DNA of 64,000 nt from assembly GCA_964016885.1 (NCBI GenBank), contig OZ024742.1, positions 190,960,001-191,024,000 of the forward strand, given 5' to 3'. The first letter of the stretch is position 1. Each line of letters starts with the position of its first letter. The notes under the pieces are model-generated. The model ran no database searches and was not told where the DNA came from. It saw only the letters and a program-made list of their open reading frames with translations. Source of the DNA: Eledone cirrhosa. Its lineage: Eukaryota. Below, piece after piece: positions 14,720-29,388 of the stretch. A program made the translations under genes and the position numbers.

Positions 14720-15104
14720 AAGTAGCAGTAGTAGTAGTGGTGGTGGTGGTAGTCGTGGTAGTGGTGGTGCTGGTGTTAGTTGTAGTAGTAGTGTTGTTGT
14801 TGGTGGTAGTCGTGGTCGTGGTGTTAGTAGTAGTGATGGTGGGTGGTGCTAGTAGTAGAGGTTGTGTTGGTGGTAGTAGCATTAGTAGTAGTGGTGGAAG
14901 TAGTAGTCGTGGTAGTGGTGGTGCTGGTGTTAGTTGTAGTAGTAGTACGGTTGTTGGGTGTGGTCGTGGTCGTGGTGTTAGTAGTAGTGATGATGGGTGG
15001 TGCTAGTAGTAGAGGTTGTGGTGGTGGTAGTAGCATTAGTAGTAGTGGTGGAGGTAGTAGTAGTAGTAGTGGTGGTGGTGATGGTGGTGGTGGTGCTGGT
15101 AGTG

Positions 15105-15144
<40 letters not shown>

Positions 15145-15145
15145 C
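14720..15145. repeat. Compound (GTA/GTG)n repeat with about 155-bp higher-order duplication
   Basis: gtggtgctggtgttagttgtag at about 14763 and 14918. gctagtagtagaggttgtg at about 14848 and 15002. Confidence 0.85.
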
Positions 15146-15260
15146 ATTTGAAGATGATTAATGATGATGTCGAGGATCGATTTCATTCAGATTTCACCGC
15201 CAAAATACTGTGGAGATAGCAGGGGGTCGGAGGTCAGCTTTCAACAAAAAATTTACAGAG

Positions 15261-15261
<1 letters not shown>

Positions 15262-15294
<33 letters not shown>

Positions 15295-15657
15295 AATGAG
15301 ACAGGCACGCACAGACACACTCACAGACAGACACACACAGACACACAGACACGCGCACAGACACACACATGCACGCACAGATACACACACACATATACAC
15401 ACACATACACACACATACACTCACAGCATACTTATACACACACACACACATGCACACACACATACAGACACACAGATACACACACGAACACACACACACA
15501 CACACACACGCACACACATACACACACACACTTACACAAACATTTATAAAAACACTCCAGTACACATAATCATTCATAGATGCACATGAACACATGCACA
15601 AACACACGCTCAAACATGCACACATGAACACACATAATCATACATGCACACATGAAT

Positions 15658-15697
<40 letters not shown>

Positions 15698-15790
15698 ATG
15701 AACACACGCATAAACATACACATACACATGTGCATGTACTTACACGCACATATACACATACATATACACGTGCATACATGTATATACATT
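15262..15790. repeat. Degenerate (CA)n-rich tract
   Basis: Directly visible. Confidence 0.9.
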
Positions 15791-15942
15791 AACAAAAAAA
15801 ACATTTAAACCCACGGGTGAAATCGGCGCCGATATTCTATATAAAATTATAGCAATATAAAAAAGATTACACGCTGACCTCCTTAACCTCCAGTATCACA
15901 CACACATTCACACATATATACACACATATAAATCTCTAACAC

Positions 15943-15977
<35 letters not shown>

Positions 15978-16232
15978 ACACACATATATATATATATATA
16001 TGTGTGTATATACAGACACATAATACACACACTTACACATGTACGAAGATATACATGCATACACACGCATGTACTAACACATAAACATACTTATGCATAC
16101 ATACACATGCACATTTATATACAGGCACACAAATACACTCACACACACACACACACATACACACACGCTGAGATACAACCGGTCCTGGCATTGATAAATA
16201 TGCTGGGTCCGTCAACTCCTTATTATATAGGG

Positions 16233-16392
16233 GCGGTGGATTGGCAGTATCGGTAGAGGGTCGGACGCCATGCTTTGACGCATAGTTACGGCCCTTTCCA
16301 TTCTGAGTTCAAATCCCGTCGAGGTTAACTTTGCCTTTCATCCTTACGGAGTCGATAAAATAAAGTACCAGTAATGCACTGGGGGATTGCAA
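16233..16392 (+). mobile_element. tRNA-derived SINE (190-bp family), 3' end interrupted
   Basis: A and B boxes and central domain are present. Confidence 0.8.
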
Positions 16393-16510
16393 TTATATAT
16401 ATATATACGAAATACACAGACTTATATATATATATAATGAAAAATTGAACAGGGACAGAACAGAGAGGCAGTACGATAAATGTTTATTAAATTCACGCTC
16501 AGGAGAACGG

Positions 16511-16586
<76 letters not shown>

Positions 16587-16643
16587 TCTGTGTATGTATA
16601 TTTCGTATATATATATATAATTGTTTCTACTTTGAGCACAACT

Positions 16644-16980
16644 ACGTTCAACAATCTGGCAGGAAGGTATACGTTGCTGACGATAGCTAATAAGCCTGAA
16701 ACTAGTACAGTGTTCCTTTGTCAGTGTGAGAACAAACGAGCAACGATGATTGCTGGACACTACGGCTTAATACGGGATGTTTGTTTACAAACACAAAGAG
16801 CATTATAATAAATGTTCGGTGAATCCATACGTACATATATATATGTGTGCATGTATGTATATATATATATACATACTACTGTACGTCTGTATACATATAT
16901 GTATGTACGTGTACATACTTATATTTAAGTAACAGCCGTACTAAGAGTGGGAAATGAAATTTCGTTTCATTTTTTCCGTT
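16644..16980 (+). mobile_element. Retrozyme-like family H, partial copy with HHR at 16671-16714
   Basis: cgttg-CTGACGA-tagctaataagcct-GAAAC-TA-GTA-cagtg. Ends in gaaatttcgtttcattttttccgtt followed by (TA)n. Confidence 0.8.
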
Positions 16981-17394
16981 TATATATATATATATATATA
17001 TATACTGACATACACACTCGTATAGATACATGTATAAAACCATACAAATATACTGACAAATGCAGACACATATATACAAGCTTACATACATACATACATA
17101 CAATGAAACATATATGCATACACTGTTACACATACACAAACAAATAGAGCCACATATAGACACATGAACAGACATACACACACATAAATAGAAACTTTTA
17201 GAAGGCTGGACTGGGGAAGTTCCTGCTTTATAAACACTGTATGAAAGTAACAGAGGGAATACTCCACCCCAATGTTAGCCATTTGTTTAATGATTTTCAT
17301 TTCCAGTTCCACCAGAATCACCTTTTCTTTAACGAAACACACACTTTCATTTTAAAATGTTCATCATCATCATAATAATCATCATGGACTTTTA

Positions 17395-17625
17395 ACCCTT
17401 TTTGGTGTCATTAGGACACTGCAGTGTTGAACGCTGCCCTAACTGCATCCATCTCTGGCGGTCATAGCCGTGTACTTGAGTTGAGGTGAAGTTCTTTCCG
17501 CTCCAGCAATGTTGTCTGTCTACTGCTTCTTCTGTCTGCCTCGCCTTCTCATTTCCCTTACTGTACCTTGGAGAATTGTCTTGGAGAGATCGTTCGATCC
17601 TGTTACATGCTCTTCCCACCTCAGC
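17395..17625 (-). mobile_element. RTE-clade LINE 3' fragment
   Basis: Minus strand encodes a frameshifted KTILQGTV...RRRGRQKKQ*TDNI...DRQRW, typical of the RTE ORF C-terminus. Confidence 0.65.
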
Positions 17626-17934
17626 TTCTTCCTATTTCCCGTGGTCAACCAATCTTGAAAGTGGCTCACATGCTGGGTGATTCATTTGCGGACGTATCTG
17701 AAATATAACCTTGCAAAATGATTTCATATAAGGACCATTTATAAAGCTAAGTTCCAAAAGAGATGATTAAAATGATATAGTTAACCCTATTAGTAAATCG
17801 CACCAAGTTATTATTTCATTCAGTCAAATACTAATTATATTAAAACTTCCCACATTGTAATTCATATGAGAAATTTTAAAGTCATTTTACATATACTATC
17901 TTGATAATGAAATGATAAATAATTTTAATGAAAG

Positions 17935-18920
17935 TTGCTGGGTTCGATTTAATCGACGTACCCCTTCCTCCAAATTAGTTGCCTTATGCCTATACTAGAA
18001 ATCATTATTAATGGTCGGTGGATTGGTAGTATCGGTAAAGGGTCGGATGCCATGCTTTCCAGCATAGTTACGTCCCTTAACGATCTGAGTTCAAATCCCG
18101 CTGAGGTTGACTTTGCCTTTTATCCTTACGGGGTCGATAAAATAAAGTACCAGTAATGCACTGGTTAATTGCTGGCCTTGTTTCAAAAAGTAGAAACAAT
18201 TATTAAGGGTCGGACGCCATGCTTTCCAGCATAGTTACGTCCCTTTAACGTACCAGTAATGAACTGGCTATTTGCTGGCCTTGTGCCAAAAGTAGAAACA
18301 ATTATTATTATTTGCGTTAGGGCGATGGATTGGCAGTCTCGGTGGGTCATTGGACAAATTGCTTTGCAACGTAGAGTTACGGTCCCGAGTTCAAATCCCC
18401 CCGTTTTGCCTTTCATCCTTACGGAGTCGATAAAATAAAGTACTAGTAATGAACTAGTGTCGATCTAATCGACTTTCCTCTCCTCACACATTGTGTGCCT
18501 TGTGCCTAAAACAGAAACCATTATTGGAGGAATGGCAGTATCGGTAGAGGGTCGGACGCCATGCTTTCTAGCATAGTTACGTCCCTTTACGATCTGAGTT
18601 CAAATCCTGCCGAGGTTGACTTTGCCTTTCATCCTTACGGGGTCGATAAAATAAAGTACCAGTAATACACTGGGTAATTGCTGGCCTTGTGCCTAAAGTA
18701 GAAACAATTATTATTATTATTATTTGCGGTGGATTGGCAGCATCGGTAGAGGGTCGGACGCCATGCTTTGACGCAAAGAGTTACGGCCCTTTCCATTCTG
18801 AGTTCAAATCCCGCCGAGGTTAACTTTGCCTTTCATCCTTACGGGGTTGAGAAAATAAAGTACCACTAATACACTGGGTAATTGCTGGCCTTGTGCCAAA
18901 AGTAGAAACAATTATTATTT
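17935..18920 (+). mobile_element. Head-to-tail cluster of 5-6 SINE copies
   Basis: Copies at about 18015-18205, 18206-18312 (deleted), 18320-18523 (variant tail), 18525-18722 and 18726-18918, plus a tail at 17935-18010. Confidence 0.88.
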
Positions 18921-19191
18921 GCGTTGCCAAGCGCACATTTCTAATTTTGAATTCTAAAAAATTTATTTCATACGGTAATTAAAAACACAATTTTTTTTGC
19001 GAAAACTAATTTTTAGACGGAGTAAGTTGAAATTACGATTTTCCATGTGTGGCTGTTGAAATATTAATTCAAACCACAGCTGTTTAGTGCATAAATATCC
19101 CAAACAGTATTGTTGTGAAAATAAACATTAGAAGCACCAGTCATACTATACATTATCAGCGTCATACATTTTATAGATCAGTATTATTAAC

Positions 19192-19470
19192 GTGGAGGCG
19201 CGGGGCCTAGTGGCATGGATGTTGAACTTACAATCATAATGTCTTGGGTTTGACACCAGAACTGGATTGCGTGCTGTGTTCTTGCGCACGTTACTTCACT
19301 ATACTCAGCTGAAAATGAGTAACAGCAATAGTTGTGGGTTTAAATCTGCGATTGAAATGTGTCCTGTCCAGGGGGAAGCCTTGTATTAACGGTCACTTTC
19401 GGCCACGAAACCGTGTCAAGAACCAGCCTAATGAGATTTCTGGCTTGAGACAGACTTTAAAATTAGACTT
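19192..19470 (+). mobile_element. CORE/V-like SINE, second copy
   Basis: Colinear with 1017-1300. Confidence 0.75.
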
Positions 19471-19946
19471 ACATTATTAACCCAGACATCATAATGCTAA
19501 TGGCCATATATCAGTAAGTTACGGAGGTCGATAAATATATTTATAGCTCTCCTGTTAAAATAAAATTCTTCCTAGTCGTTTGCATTCTTTCCCTATTATT
19601 GATGTGTTTTGGTTGTTTCATTCCTCTATATTAAGTAAGACTAACGTTGATCCATCGTCTCTGATATTTCGCAGGATCGGCCAAACTGTAACATGATATA
19701 TATAAGAGGAGGGTGCGTGAGCAGGAAAGTAATTCTTCAAGACTTGTTCAGGCTACCCATCCTCATAACGTCTCCCTTTCCTTCCCCCCATAATATGGCT
19801 GCCTATCTCACTATCTCATGTCGGTCTTTTTATCTCATTGCACTCTACACAAATTATACAGTGATACATACAAAAGAGCACACAGAGAGCAATGAGCAAA
19901 GCATACATACGCACGCACACGGGCACACAGACATATATACATATAA

Positions 19947-19989
<43 letters not shown>

Positions 19990-20005
19990 CGTGTGTGTGT
20001 GTGTG

Positions 20006-20057
<52 letters not shown>

Positions 20058-20084
20058 TACATACACACATATGTATATATATAT

Positions 20085-20120
20085 ACATACATACATACAT
20101 ACAAATATGTGGTGTGTGAG

Positions 20121-20172
<52 letters not shown>

Positions 20173-20205
20173 CTCACACACCACATATTTGTATGTATGT
20201 ATGTA
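20085..20205. repeat. Palindrome centred on (TA)n
   Basis: catacaaatatgtggtgtgtgagtctg-(TA)n-cagactcacacaccacatatttgtatg. Confidence 0.85.
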
Positions 20206-20235
20206 TATATATATATATATATATTTATATACATG

Positions 20236-20326
<91 letters not shown>

Positions 20327-20465
20327 ATATATATATATATATACAGACGCACAAACATATTTGTATGTATGTATGCATGTATATATATATTTATATATAT
20401 GTACACACACATATGTATATCTATATCTATGTATATATGTATATACATACATACAAACACAGACA

Positions 20466-20627
<162 letters not shown>

Positions 20628-21031
20628 CACAAACATAAGTGCACCACCTTTACCGCTATAAACTCAGAAAACACGAGCAGGCACACACACCACTTACACA
20701 ACCATCCCATTCGTCTTTGACTAATTATTCTACGTTGGCAGGGTCCATTCCATCAATGGTGCTGGGCAAGCACGAAATTGTACCTGGTTTACTGTACAAT
20801 TGACAGCTTTATAGATTCTCACATTCGCAGAATATCAGTTTTCCTGCAGTTTCCGCCTAACAGCAGTTAATTATCATTTCCAATCGCCCACCCCCGCTTT
20901 AGCTCACGAATCTCAACTTCTCTGCCATTTTTCTCTATCTCCTTTGTATCATTCTAGCTACTTCTATCGTCATATCATTGTAACAATCCTTCTTCATTTA
21001 CCACATCACTTTGTATATCTTCACCCCCCCC

Positions 21032-21081
<50 letters not shown>

Positions 21082-21238
21082 CTCTTTCATTTTCTTTCTC
21101 TTTCTCTGGCTTCTCTTACTCTTTCTCTATCTGTCATCTCTCTCTATCAATCATCGATTCATCTCTGTATCTGACGCTCTCTCTCTGTCTCTCTGTCTGT
21201 CTCCCTCTCTCTCTCTCTCTAATCATCTATATATCCAC

Positions 21239-21290
<52 letters not shown>

Positions 21291-21333
21291 CAATCTATCT
21301 ACCTATATGTCTCTCTCTCTCTCCCTCTATCTC

Positions 21334-21402
<69 letters not shown>

Positions 21403-21545
21403 ATATATATATATCTATCTATCTATCTCTCTCTCTATCTATCTATCCAATCCAATCTTCCTTCACCACAAACATTATTCTTCATTATCTTTTTTCGCCA
21501 GGAAAATCACACGCCAAAACTTTAACATTACACACACACACACAC

Positions 21546-21590
<45 letters not shown>

Positions 21591-21678
21591 TACACGCATA
21601 TATATATGTGTGTGTCTATATGTATATATATATTTATGTATGTCTGTATGTATATACATACATACATATATATATATA

Positions 21679-21775
<97 letters not shown>

Positions 21776-22782
21776 GATATATGTGAATATGCGTGTATGT
21801 GTCATTCCATCACAGTCAATTTCTTTCGGTCTCACATGTCTTTATTTTTTCATGGCTTATTGTTCAACCGACACACCAGTTTTTTTTGTTCATTGTAATC
21901 TCTCTTAACTCCCACCTCCACCACCATACTCTCCAAATAAGTTTATATAATTCTCTTAAAATTTTATATTATTTTTTTCTCTTTTGATTTCAATCAATCA
22001 TTCAGTCAATCATTCATTTATTCATTTATTTGTTTATTTATTTTTATTTATATACTCATCTAATTATTTATCCAAATTTATTATTGTATTCTTTCAAACA
22101 GGATTACAATTTACTACACTGTCAGTCTTTGTTCACTTTGCTAATTTTCTTTAGATTTTCATATCATTTTCTTTTCTTCTGCTTCCATTTGTTTCCCATA
22201 ACTGTGTTTTTTTTTATCTCCCCTTTTCTCATATATCAGCCATTTTGCAATATTAGAATTTATTATAAATTATCCTTTTTAGAATTCCTTTTGTACTCGG
22301 AAACATTTTTATTTCAATTTTCAACATGATGTTTATATCTATATTTAATTATCAAGTTGATATTTTACATTTGTCTCGATTTTTTTTATTATTATATTAT
22401 GTTATATTAAATCAGACAATATTTACATTTCTTTCTTTCATAATTCCTCTCCGAGTTCTTTGTTTCATCATAAATATTAGATGTTTGTATGTATCGACAC
22501 TTATTTACTGTGGAACCTAGCTGTCTTATTTGCAATCACGCTAACACATACATACACATATAAACACACACATACGCACACACGCACTTACAAACACACA
22601 AACAAGCACGCACACATTCACACACACAGAAACAGGCACACACTGAACGCACGCACAAACACTATCACACACATACACATTCACACGCACACAAACACGC
22701 ACACATTCACAAACACACACATACGCACACTCACACACACACTCACACACGCACACACACATACATATATATATAGTAATAA

Positions 22783-22966
22783 TAATTGTTTCTACTTTTG
22801 GCACAACGCCAGCAATTACCTCAGTGTATTACTGGTACTTTATTTTATCGACCCCGTAAGGATGAAAGACAAAGTTAACCTTGGCGTGATTTGAACTCAG
22901 TCCGTAAAGGGACGTAACTGTGCTGCAAATCATGGCGTCCGACCCTCTACCGATACTGCCAATCCA
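22783..22966 (-). mobile_element. tRNA-derived SINE (190-bp family)
   Basis: Full reverse-complement copy. Confidence 0.85.
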
Positions 22967-24270
22967 GATTAAAATATATTGCCTGCCTCGCTTTGATGTG
23001 GAATTATGAAAATATATGTTTGAACTATTGCCCTTATCCTGTTTGTTATAATCCCATCATTTCATCCGATGTAGAGGCTCTTCATACTCAGGTGCCTCTC
23101 GTACTCTACTCCTTATGCCATAGCCTCGTGCATTCAGTGTTACAAACGATAGTAAAATACATGCACTAGTTTTCCTTTGATGAGTGTTCCATCAATATCG
23201 ACGATGAGCATCAGCTATTCGGTCAGCTGAAGATCTGCATTAGCATGTAAATGGTTGAGTACTCCAGAAACCTATGTACAACTAATGTAATCAGTGTGAA
23301 AGTACCTGACCTTTTCATTAAATGTACCGTCCCATCTAAACGAATTTCATTCATTTTGTGATAGAATTTGGGGTCATTTGATGAAAAAAATGAAGTTTTT
23401 TGTATTTCCATTTGTCAAAAACTGTCTTTACTCCCTGAATACTCTCGAAACTTCTCGTTCATATGCTTCCAAATAACGATATATGCTTTCAACTAACGAT
23501 GTTTCTGTTAGCGTGTGCCTGGGAATATCTTCATGTGTACATAAAAGATAAATGCAATAGAACTTGAATAATTATGGCAATAATTTATATGGCCAAAAAA
23601 GCAACGAATAAATAAACTGCTAAACAAGCAACGGCTTCAGTCAGTTGCCAATAAATCTTTCAGCCGAGTAACTGTTTCCAAATGTCGCTGTTTCATAATT
23701 TTCGTGACATATCCAATAAATGTTTTGATAAATGTGTATATTTGGTGACGGGCATATTGGATATTTGTAATTCTATATAAATGTTATATATTCCATCAAA
23801 ATACTTGCATCACTTTTACTATATATCTCAAATTCCAACTCACTCTCTCTTATTCTTTCACATTCACTCTCGCTTTCTTCATTACTGTAAATGTAAAAGT
23901 AGATAATTGCATAACTTAATTTTAAATGCATTTCAATGTGTCATCTTCCAATTCAGTGAACAAAAAATACCCTCACACGTATTTATATATATATATATAT
24001 GCATACATACACACATACTTACACACACGCACCCCCCCCCACACACATATATATATATCTATATATATACGGTTTTGTATTTCTTCTGCAATATTCTATT
24101 GGCAATATTGGCAACATGAACACCCACATATATAACAACATAACAACATATGGGTGAATCACGTGTCCTCAAGTGTGTTTTCCTAATTTGTTGTGGAACT
24201 AGCTTCATATTGTCGATATGGAAACAATATGTAAAAAATTTACAAAAAGCTGCAATACTTTTAGTCACTT

Positions 24271-24322
<52 letters not shown>

Positions 24323-24349
24323 TTTTCTGATTTTATCCAATTTATCCAA

Positions 24350-24468
24350 AATCTCTGAAGAAGTGACAACTGATTATACATTTGCTATCGAATACTTGCT
24401 AACATTATATGATTACGCAAGCAGCGATACATAGGTATTCCGTCTGTTACAGAAACATATGTCAATAT
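24350..24468 (+). ncRNA. Hammerhead-like motif in a 200-bp TA-flanked module (helix I mismatched)
   Basis: CTGAAGA-agtgaca...tgttaca-GAAAC-atat-GTC. The module 24320-24520 lies between two TA tracts. Confidence 0.6.
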
Positions 24469-24519
24469 CTAATAAATTCCTTTTTAAAAAAAGCACTTTC
24501 ATTTTATATTCATCTTTTC

Positions 24520-24748
<229 letters not shown>

Positions 24749-25498
24749 ACTCTCTCGTCGGTTATGCCTGAAATAGCACTTCAATCCAATTACTGATTTA
24801 CAAATCAAGCCACATTTAGTTCATGAGATGATTTCGAGGGGAGCTGGATAGAATATTTTATCTGATTTCGGTTGTAGATATTAGATCACCAATATGTACC
24901 AGAAGAGAGTTTTCAAAGTTCCTTCATGACAGGAAGTTCTCCATTTTTGCGTCTAGAAGTCGGGCTTCAAATCACGTACGAGGTATGTTCACGGATTTAA
25001 GATTCTACTTCAGTTTGTCATTATATCTCAGTAACCGTCTGCCTACATTATTTGCACTATTATGAAATTGACTGTATAACAGTAACTTCAACCATCCGTA
25101 GGATATAACTAGTACATCTGAGTTGCCTCACATCAGTGGATCTTAAAACACTCATATCAACCTTGGGTGTGACAGGTGAATTTTGAAAAAGCTTTTTTGG
25201 AGACGCTTGAATGAAACTTTACTGCGCAGCAGTGCATTATCCGGAAGACAGCACAAGAGTGAACAGAACGAGTGATTTTGAATATTTTAGGTTAAACCTG
25301 TGTGTAATAAATTTCACTCACGAACAGATATCGTTGTTATATTCGTTGGGTGTATGAGGGATGATCTTTGCTCCGGGCTTGAAACGCTGTCTTGGAATTT
25401 TCTCACATTACAGTAACCAAAATTCAAATTTAAATTCTCTGTTTTATTTTGACCACCTATTTGCATAACCAGAACACCCCGGTTTATATATATATATA

Positions 25499-26077
25499 TT
25501 TTCGCAATATATATACAGATGTGTTGGTATCTGTGTTTCATCACGTACATATTAATTTATACACTGCTCATGGGATATATTTTTTCCTCATTCGAGCTGA
25601 TTCCATTGTTAAAGAATTCATTACCTTATTAATTTTAATCTGCTCCTAGTTTGAGCTGCAAAGTCGCCTCATATACACGACTGTTATTTCTAGCAGTACG
25701 GTTATGAGACTAGTTAGATACTGTAAAGCGATGTGCGCCACGCAGTCTTTTAAATTATTTAGAAGTGAAGCATATCAATTTGTCTCTGGATGTTTACTGA
25801 GGAGAGCGGGACTTGATATTCCTACACTTATTTAACTCGAAACATATTTGGATCTTAAAGTCTAAACTTATCTACGGAACAGGTTTGATTTTGAAATTTA
25901 AATGTGTCTAAACATCACGGCCTTTTGCCAATACAGTTCGTCTCCGTTGATTTATTATTTTAAAACGATATGGACAAACTGTAGTATAATAATTAGTATA
26001 CTTCAATCTGGCTAAATTTTTCTTTCGCAATATATATACAGATGTGTTGGTATCTGTGTTTCATCACGTACATATTA

Positions 26078-26083
<6 letters not shown>
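25499..26083 (+). mobile_element. Retrozyme-like module C: about 1.1 copies of a 523-nt monomer with one degenerate HHR
   Basis: 25501-25560 is repeated at 26024-26083. CTGAGGA-gag...ctc-GAAAC-atattt-gga at 25793-25853. TA flanks. Confidence 0.6.
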
Positions 26084-26157
<74 letters not shown>

Positions 26158-26334
26158 CATAAACAGAGAAAGCCTTAAGCGATACTCCGACCAGCTCCAT
26201 CTCACTCAACGAACATTAGGATATACCTAAGTATTTTCCCAATTTAGTGTTTGGGGTGCTAACTAATCAGTATTTCGTGGATAGCTGGTTGTATTATTTT
26301 ATATGAGACATTATTAAATAAATATCTCTTTCCT

Positions 26335-26458
26335 TCCAGCCGGCCGTTTCGTTATAAGATTTCTACAATATGGGATAAATAATTTCCAGGTTATGTAGAA
26401 ACTTGTATATAATCCATAGTTTTATACACAAGGGGGCTCTTATAAACTCATCAGTGGA
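26335..26458 (-). ncRNA. Type I hammerhead motif with mutated cleavage triplet
   Basis: Minus strand reads tcca-CTGATGA-gtttataag...cttataac-GAAAC-ggcc-GGC-tgga. Confidence 0.7.
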
Positions 26459-26469
26459 TGCCCATATAG

Positions 26470-27031
26470 ATTCCTTATGCATATTAACGGCTGAGCAGCC
26501 TAATTTGCATATTGAGTGAGTTTAGTCGGCCGGGCGCACCGAAAACGATAAATGGAAAAAATGAAGCGAAATTTCATTTCTCATTCTTAGTACGGCAGTT
26601 ACATAAATGTAAGTATGTATTCACTCGATATGCAAATTGAGCTGCTCAGCCGTTAATATGCATAAGGAAAGTATATACTTTCAGACGTTCAATCATCTGA
26701 CAAGAAGGTATACAATTCTGACGATAGCTAATAACCTTGAAACTAGTACATCGTTCCTATGTCAGTGTTGAACAAAGGGGCAACGATGGTTGCTAAACAC
26801 TGTACGGCTTAATTCAGGCTGTTTGTTTACAAACAAACTGAACATTATAATAAATGTTCGGTAAACCGATACGTACATATATATATGTGTACATATATGT
26901 ATATATATATATATATATATACATACTACTGTACGTCTGTATACATATATGTATGTACGTATACATACATACTTACAATTAAGTAACTGCCCGTACTAAG
27001 AGTGAGAAATGAAATTTCGTTTCATTTTTTC

Positions 27032-27033
<2 letters not shown>
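26470..27033 (+). mobile_element. Retrozyme-like family H copy with 5' inverted piece
   Basis: 26470-26620 is inverted and 26620-27033 is sense, with a diverged HHR at about 26712-26755. Ends at (TA)n. Confidence 0.8.
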
Positions 27034-27077
<44 letters not shown>

Positions 27078-27082
<5 letters not shown>

Positions 27083-27594
27083 AATTACTATATCTACCAA
27101 CATATATATACAGATGCATACCTATGCTAGCAAATATATAGGTTTTGTCTTAGTAACTTTGTGGTTCAATGCAAGGGGATGCAGAGCAATTATATGAAAG
27201 ACGTAAAATAAGAAAATTATAAAAAATTAACTTACTAAAATTTCACTCCAACTAATTAGTTTCTGAAAGGGAATAAACATGGTTTCCAAATGGAAAGCAT
27301 GGAGAAACCTTTCGTCATCAGGAAGTCTGTTCTCAGCTAAGTTACCAGGCGATGCGTGGACACAGGGAACTTATACAAAAATAATTCAGTGGATGGAAAA
27401 AAGCAAGCGTGGACTAAATTCCAAGACATCGCCTGGTAACTTAGCTGAGAACAGACTTCCTGATGACGAAAGGTTTCTCCATGCTTTCCATTTGGAAACC
27501 ATGTTCATTCCCTTTCAGAAACTAATTAGTTGGAGTGAAATGTTAGTAAGTAAGTTAATTTTTATAATTTTCTTATTTTACGTCTTTCATATAT
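27078..27594. mobile_element. Family B fold-back copy with two mirror HHRs
   Basis: Arms at 27191-27354 and 27427-27594, homologous to 2641-3500. Minus-strand HHR at 27245-27326. Confidence 0.85.
27455..27536 (+). ncRNA. Type I hammerhead ribozyme (family B)
   Basis: acttc-CTGATGA-cgaaagg...cctttca-GAAAC-taatta-GTT-ggagt. Confidence 0.8.
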
Positions 27595-27897
27595 ATATAT
27601 ACATATTTGTTAGCGAAAAGCAAAATATTTCTACCGTACTGATAAGGAACGTGCAGATGATCCATCATGTGTATATCATTAAATTTGTACTAGTGATCTT
27701 TAGGGCACTTATAAATTTTACTAACTATCTCAGTACAAATCTTGCATAGCTTCGCTTCACAGAACCTTAAATAGCATTAGGAAATTGCAAGTCCGCTGCG
27801 TTAATGGAACTAGATATGTGGCCAGTAATAACACATGCAGAGATATCAAAATATGTATTTGTACACTGGTCTACATATACATTACCTTCCATACATA

Positions 27898-28061
<164 letters not shown>

Positions 28062-28635
28062 CACACAAACATGTATGCATAATTACCAAGTTGATGTCTA
28101 AATTCCAATGAATGTGTCTTGCTACTTTGTAAGAGCTCCCCACTCTCTCTCTCTCTCTCTCTGCGCTCTATCTCTCTCTCTATATCTCACTCTCTCTCTC
28201 TCTCTCTTTCTATTTTCCCTATTTGTATACACCAAAAAGAATAATAAAACCAGAAGAACATAGAAAGATAGATGAATAGATAGAAACATACATACATTCT
28301 TATATATATATATACATACATACATTCTTACATATATACGTACATTCGCGTAAGAGGGTCTCGCACACAATTTATTAGTTACCCTTGACCCGACTACAAC
28401 TTGAATTATGCTAATATATGCTAGTTATTTGCGTCTATCAAATTTTACTTAGATAGTATCAGTCAGTCTGGTGTTATATTATAGGACACTTGCTAAAGAT
28501 ATATAATAGGCAACGTAAAATAAGTGATTCTAATGCGAACTACTTATTCCGTTTGCAATGCCTTCGTTTCTATATTTTCATTCTGCACAACATATTTTCT
28601 CTCAGTAAATATCTCTCAGTTCTTCTCTCCCCGAA

Positions 28636-28749
<114 letters not shown>

Positions 28750-28849
28750 CAGGTCCGAACACCAAGGAAGTAAACACCCACTGTCAATGCCTCCGTCTAT
28801 CCAGCCCTCCCTATCTCTCACTACTATGAGCAAATGGGAGTCCACTCGC

Positions 28850-29035
28850 CGGACGCCCCGCGGTCCGGCTGACAGAATAGAGAAGTCTTTTTCTCGGAGG
28901 ATGGTGAGGGAGACGCGTTGGAAGAGCGACTCCAGTTGGCGACGTTCACACCTGCGCGTAGGAAACATCTTGCCAATGGTGGTGAGTAGGGAGGTGGTCT
29001 TAGGGCCAAGGACACCAGAGGTCTCCACTGCATAC
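28850..29035 (-). mobile_element. CRE-clade non-LTR element, C-terminal fragment
   Basis: AVETSGVLG...LFQRVSLTILRE resembles the CRE RLE tail (AVETLG...QRxSxxIQRGN). Confidence 0.65.
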
Positions 29036-29204
29036 ATCCATCCATCTGTCCATACATACATTCATACATACATACATACATACATACATACATACATACA
29101 TACATACATACATGTAAGAAACTTGGACACCACGTGCACCATCTAAGTCTACCTCGAATACTGGGGAAAACACTATCGATAATATTAATAATCGTAGAAA
29201 TAAT

Positions 29205-29388
29205 AATAATTGTTTCTACTTTTGGCACAAGGCCAGCAAATCACCAGTACATTACTGGTACTATATTTTATCGACCCCGTAAGGATGAAAGGCAAAGTTA
29301 ACCTCGGCGGGATTTGAACTCAGAATGGCAAGGGCCGTAACTCTATGCGTCAAAGCATGGCGTCCGATCCTCTACCGATACTGCCAAT
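29205..29388 (-). mobile_element. tRNA-derived SINE (190-bp family)
   Basis: Full reverse-complement copy. Confidence 0.85.

Noticed and set aside
17935-18920. CRISPR-like or tRNA-gene-array appearance
   Set aside because: The units are approximately 190-bp SINEs with A/B boxes, no unique spacers and no cloverleaf.
23222-23285. CTGAAGA...GAAAC-ctat-GTA
   Set aside because: No convincing helix I or helix II pairing.
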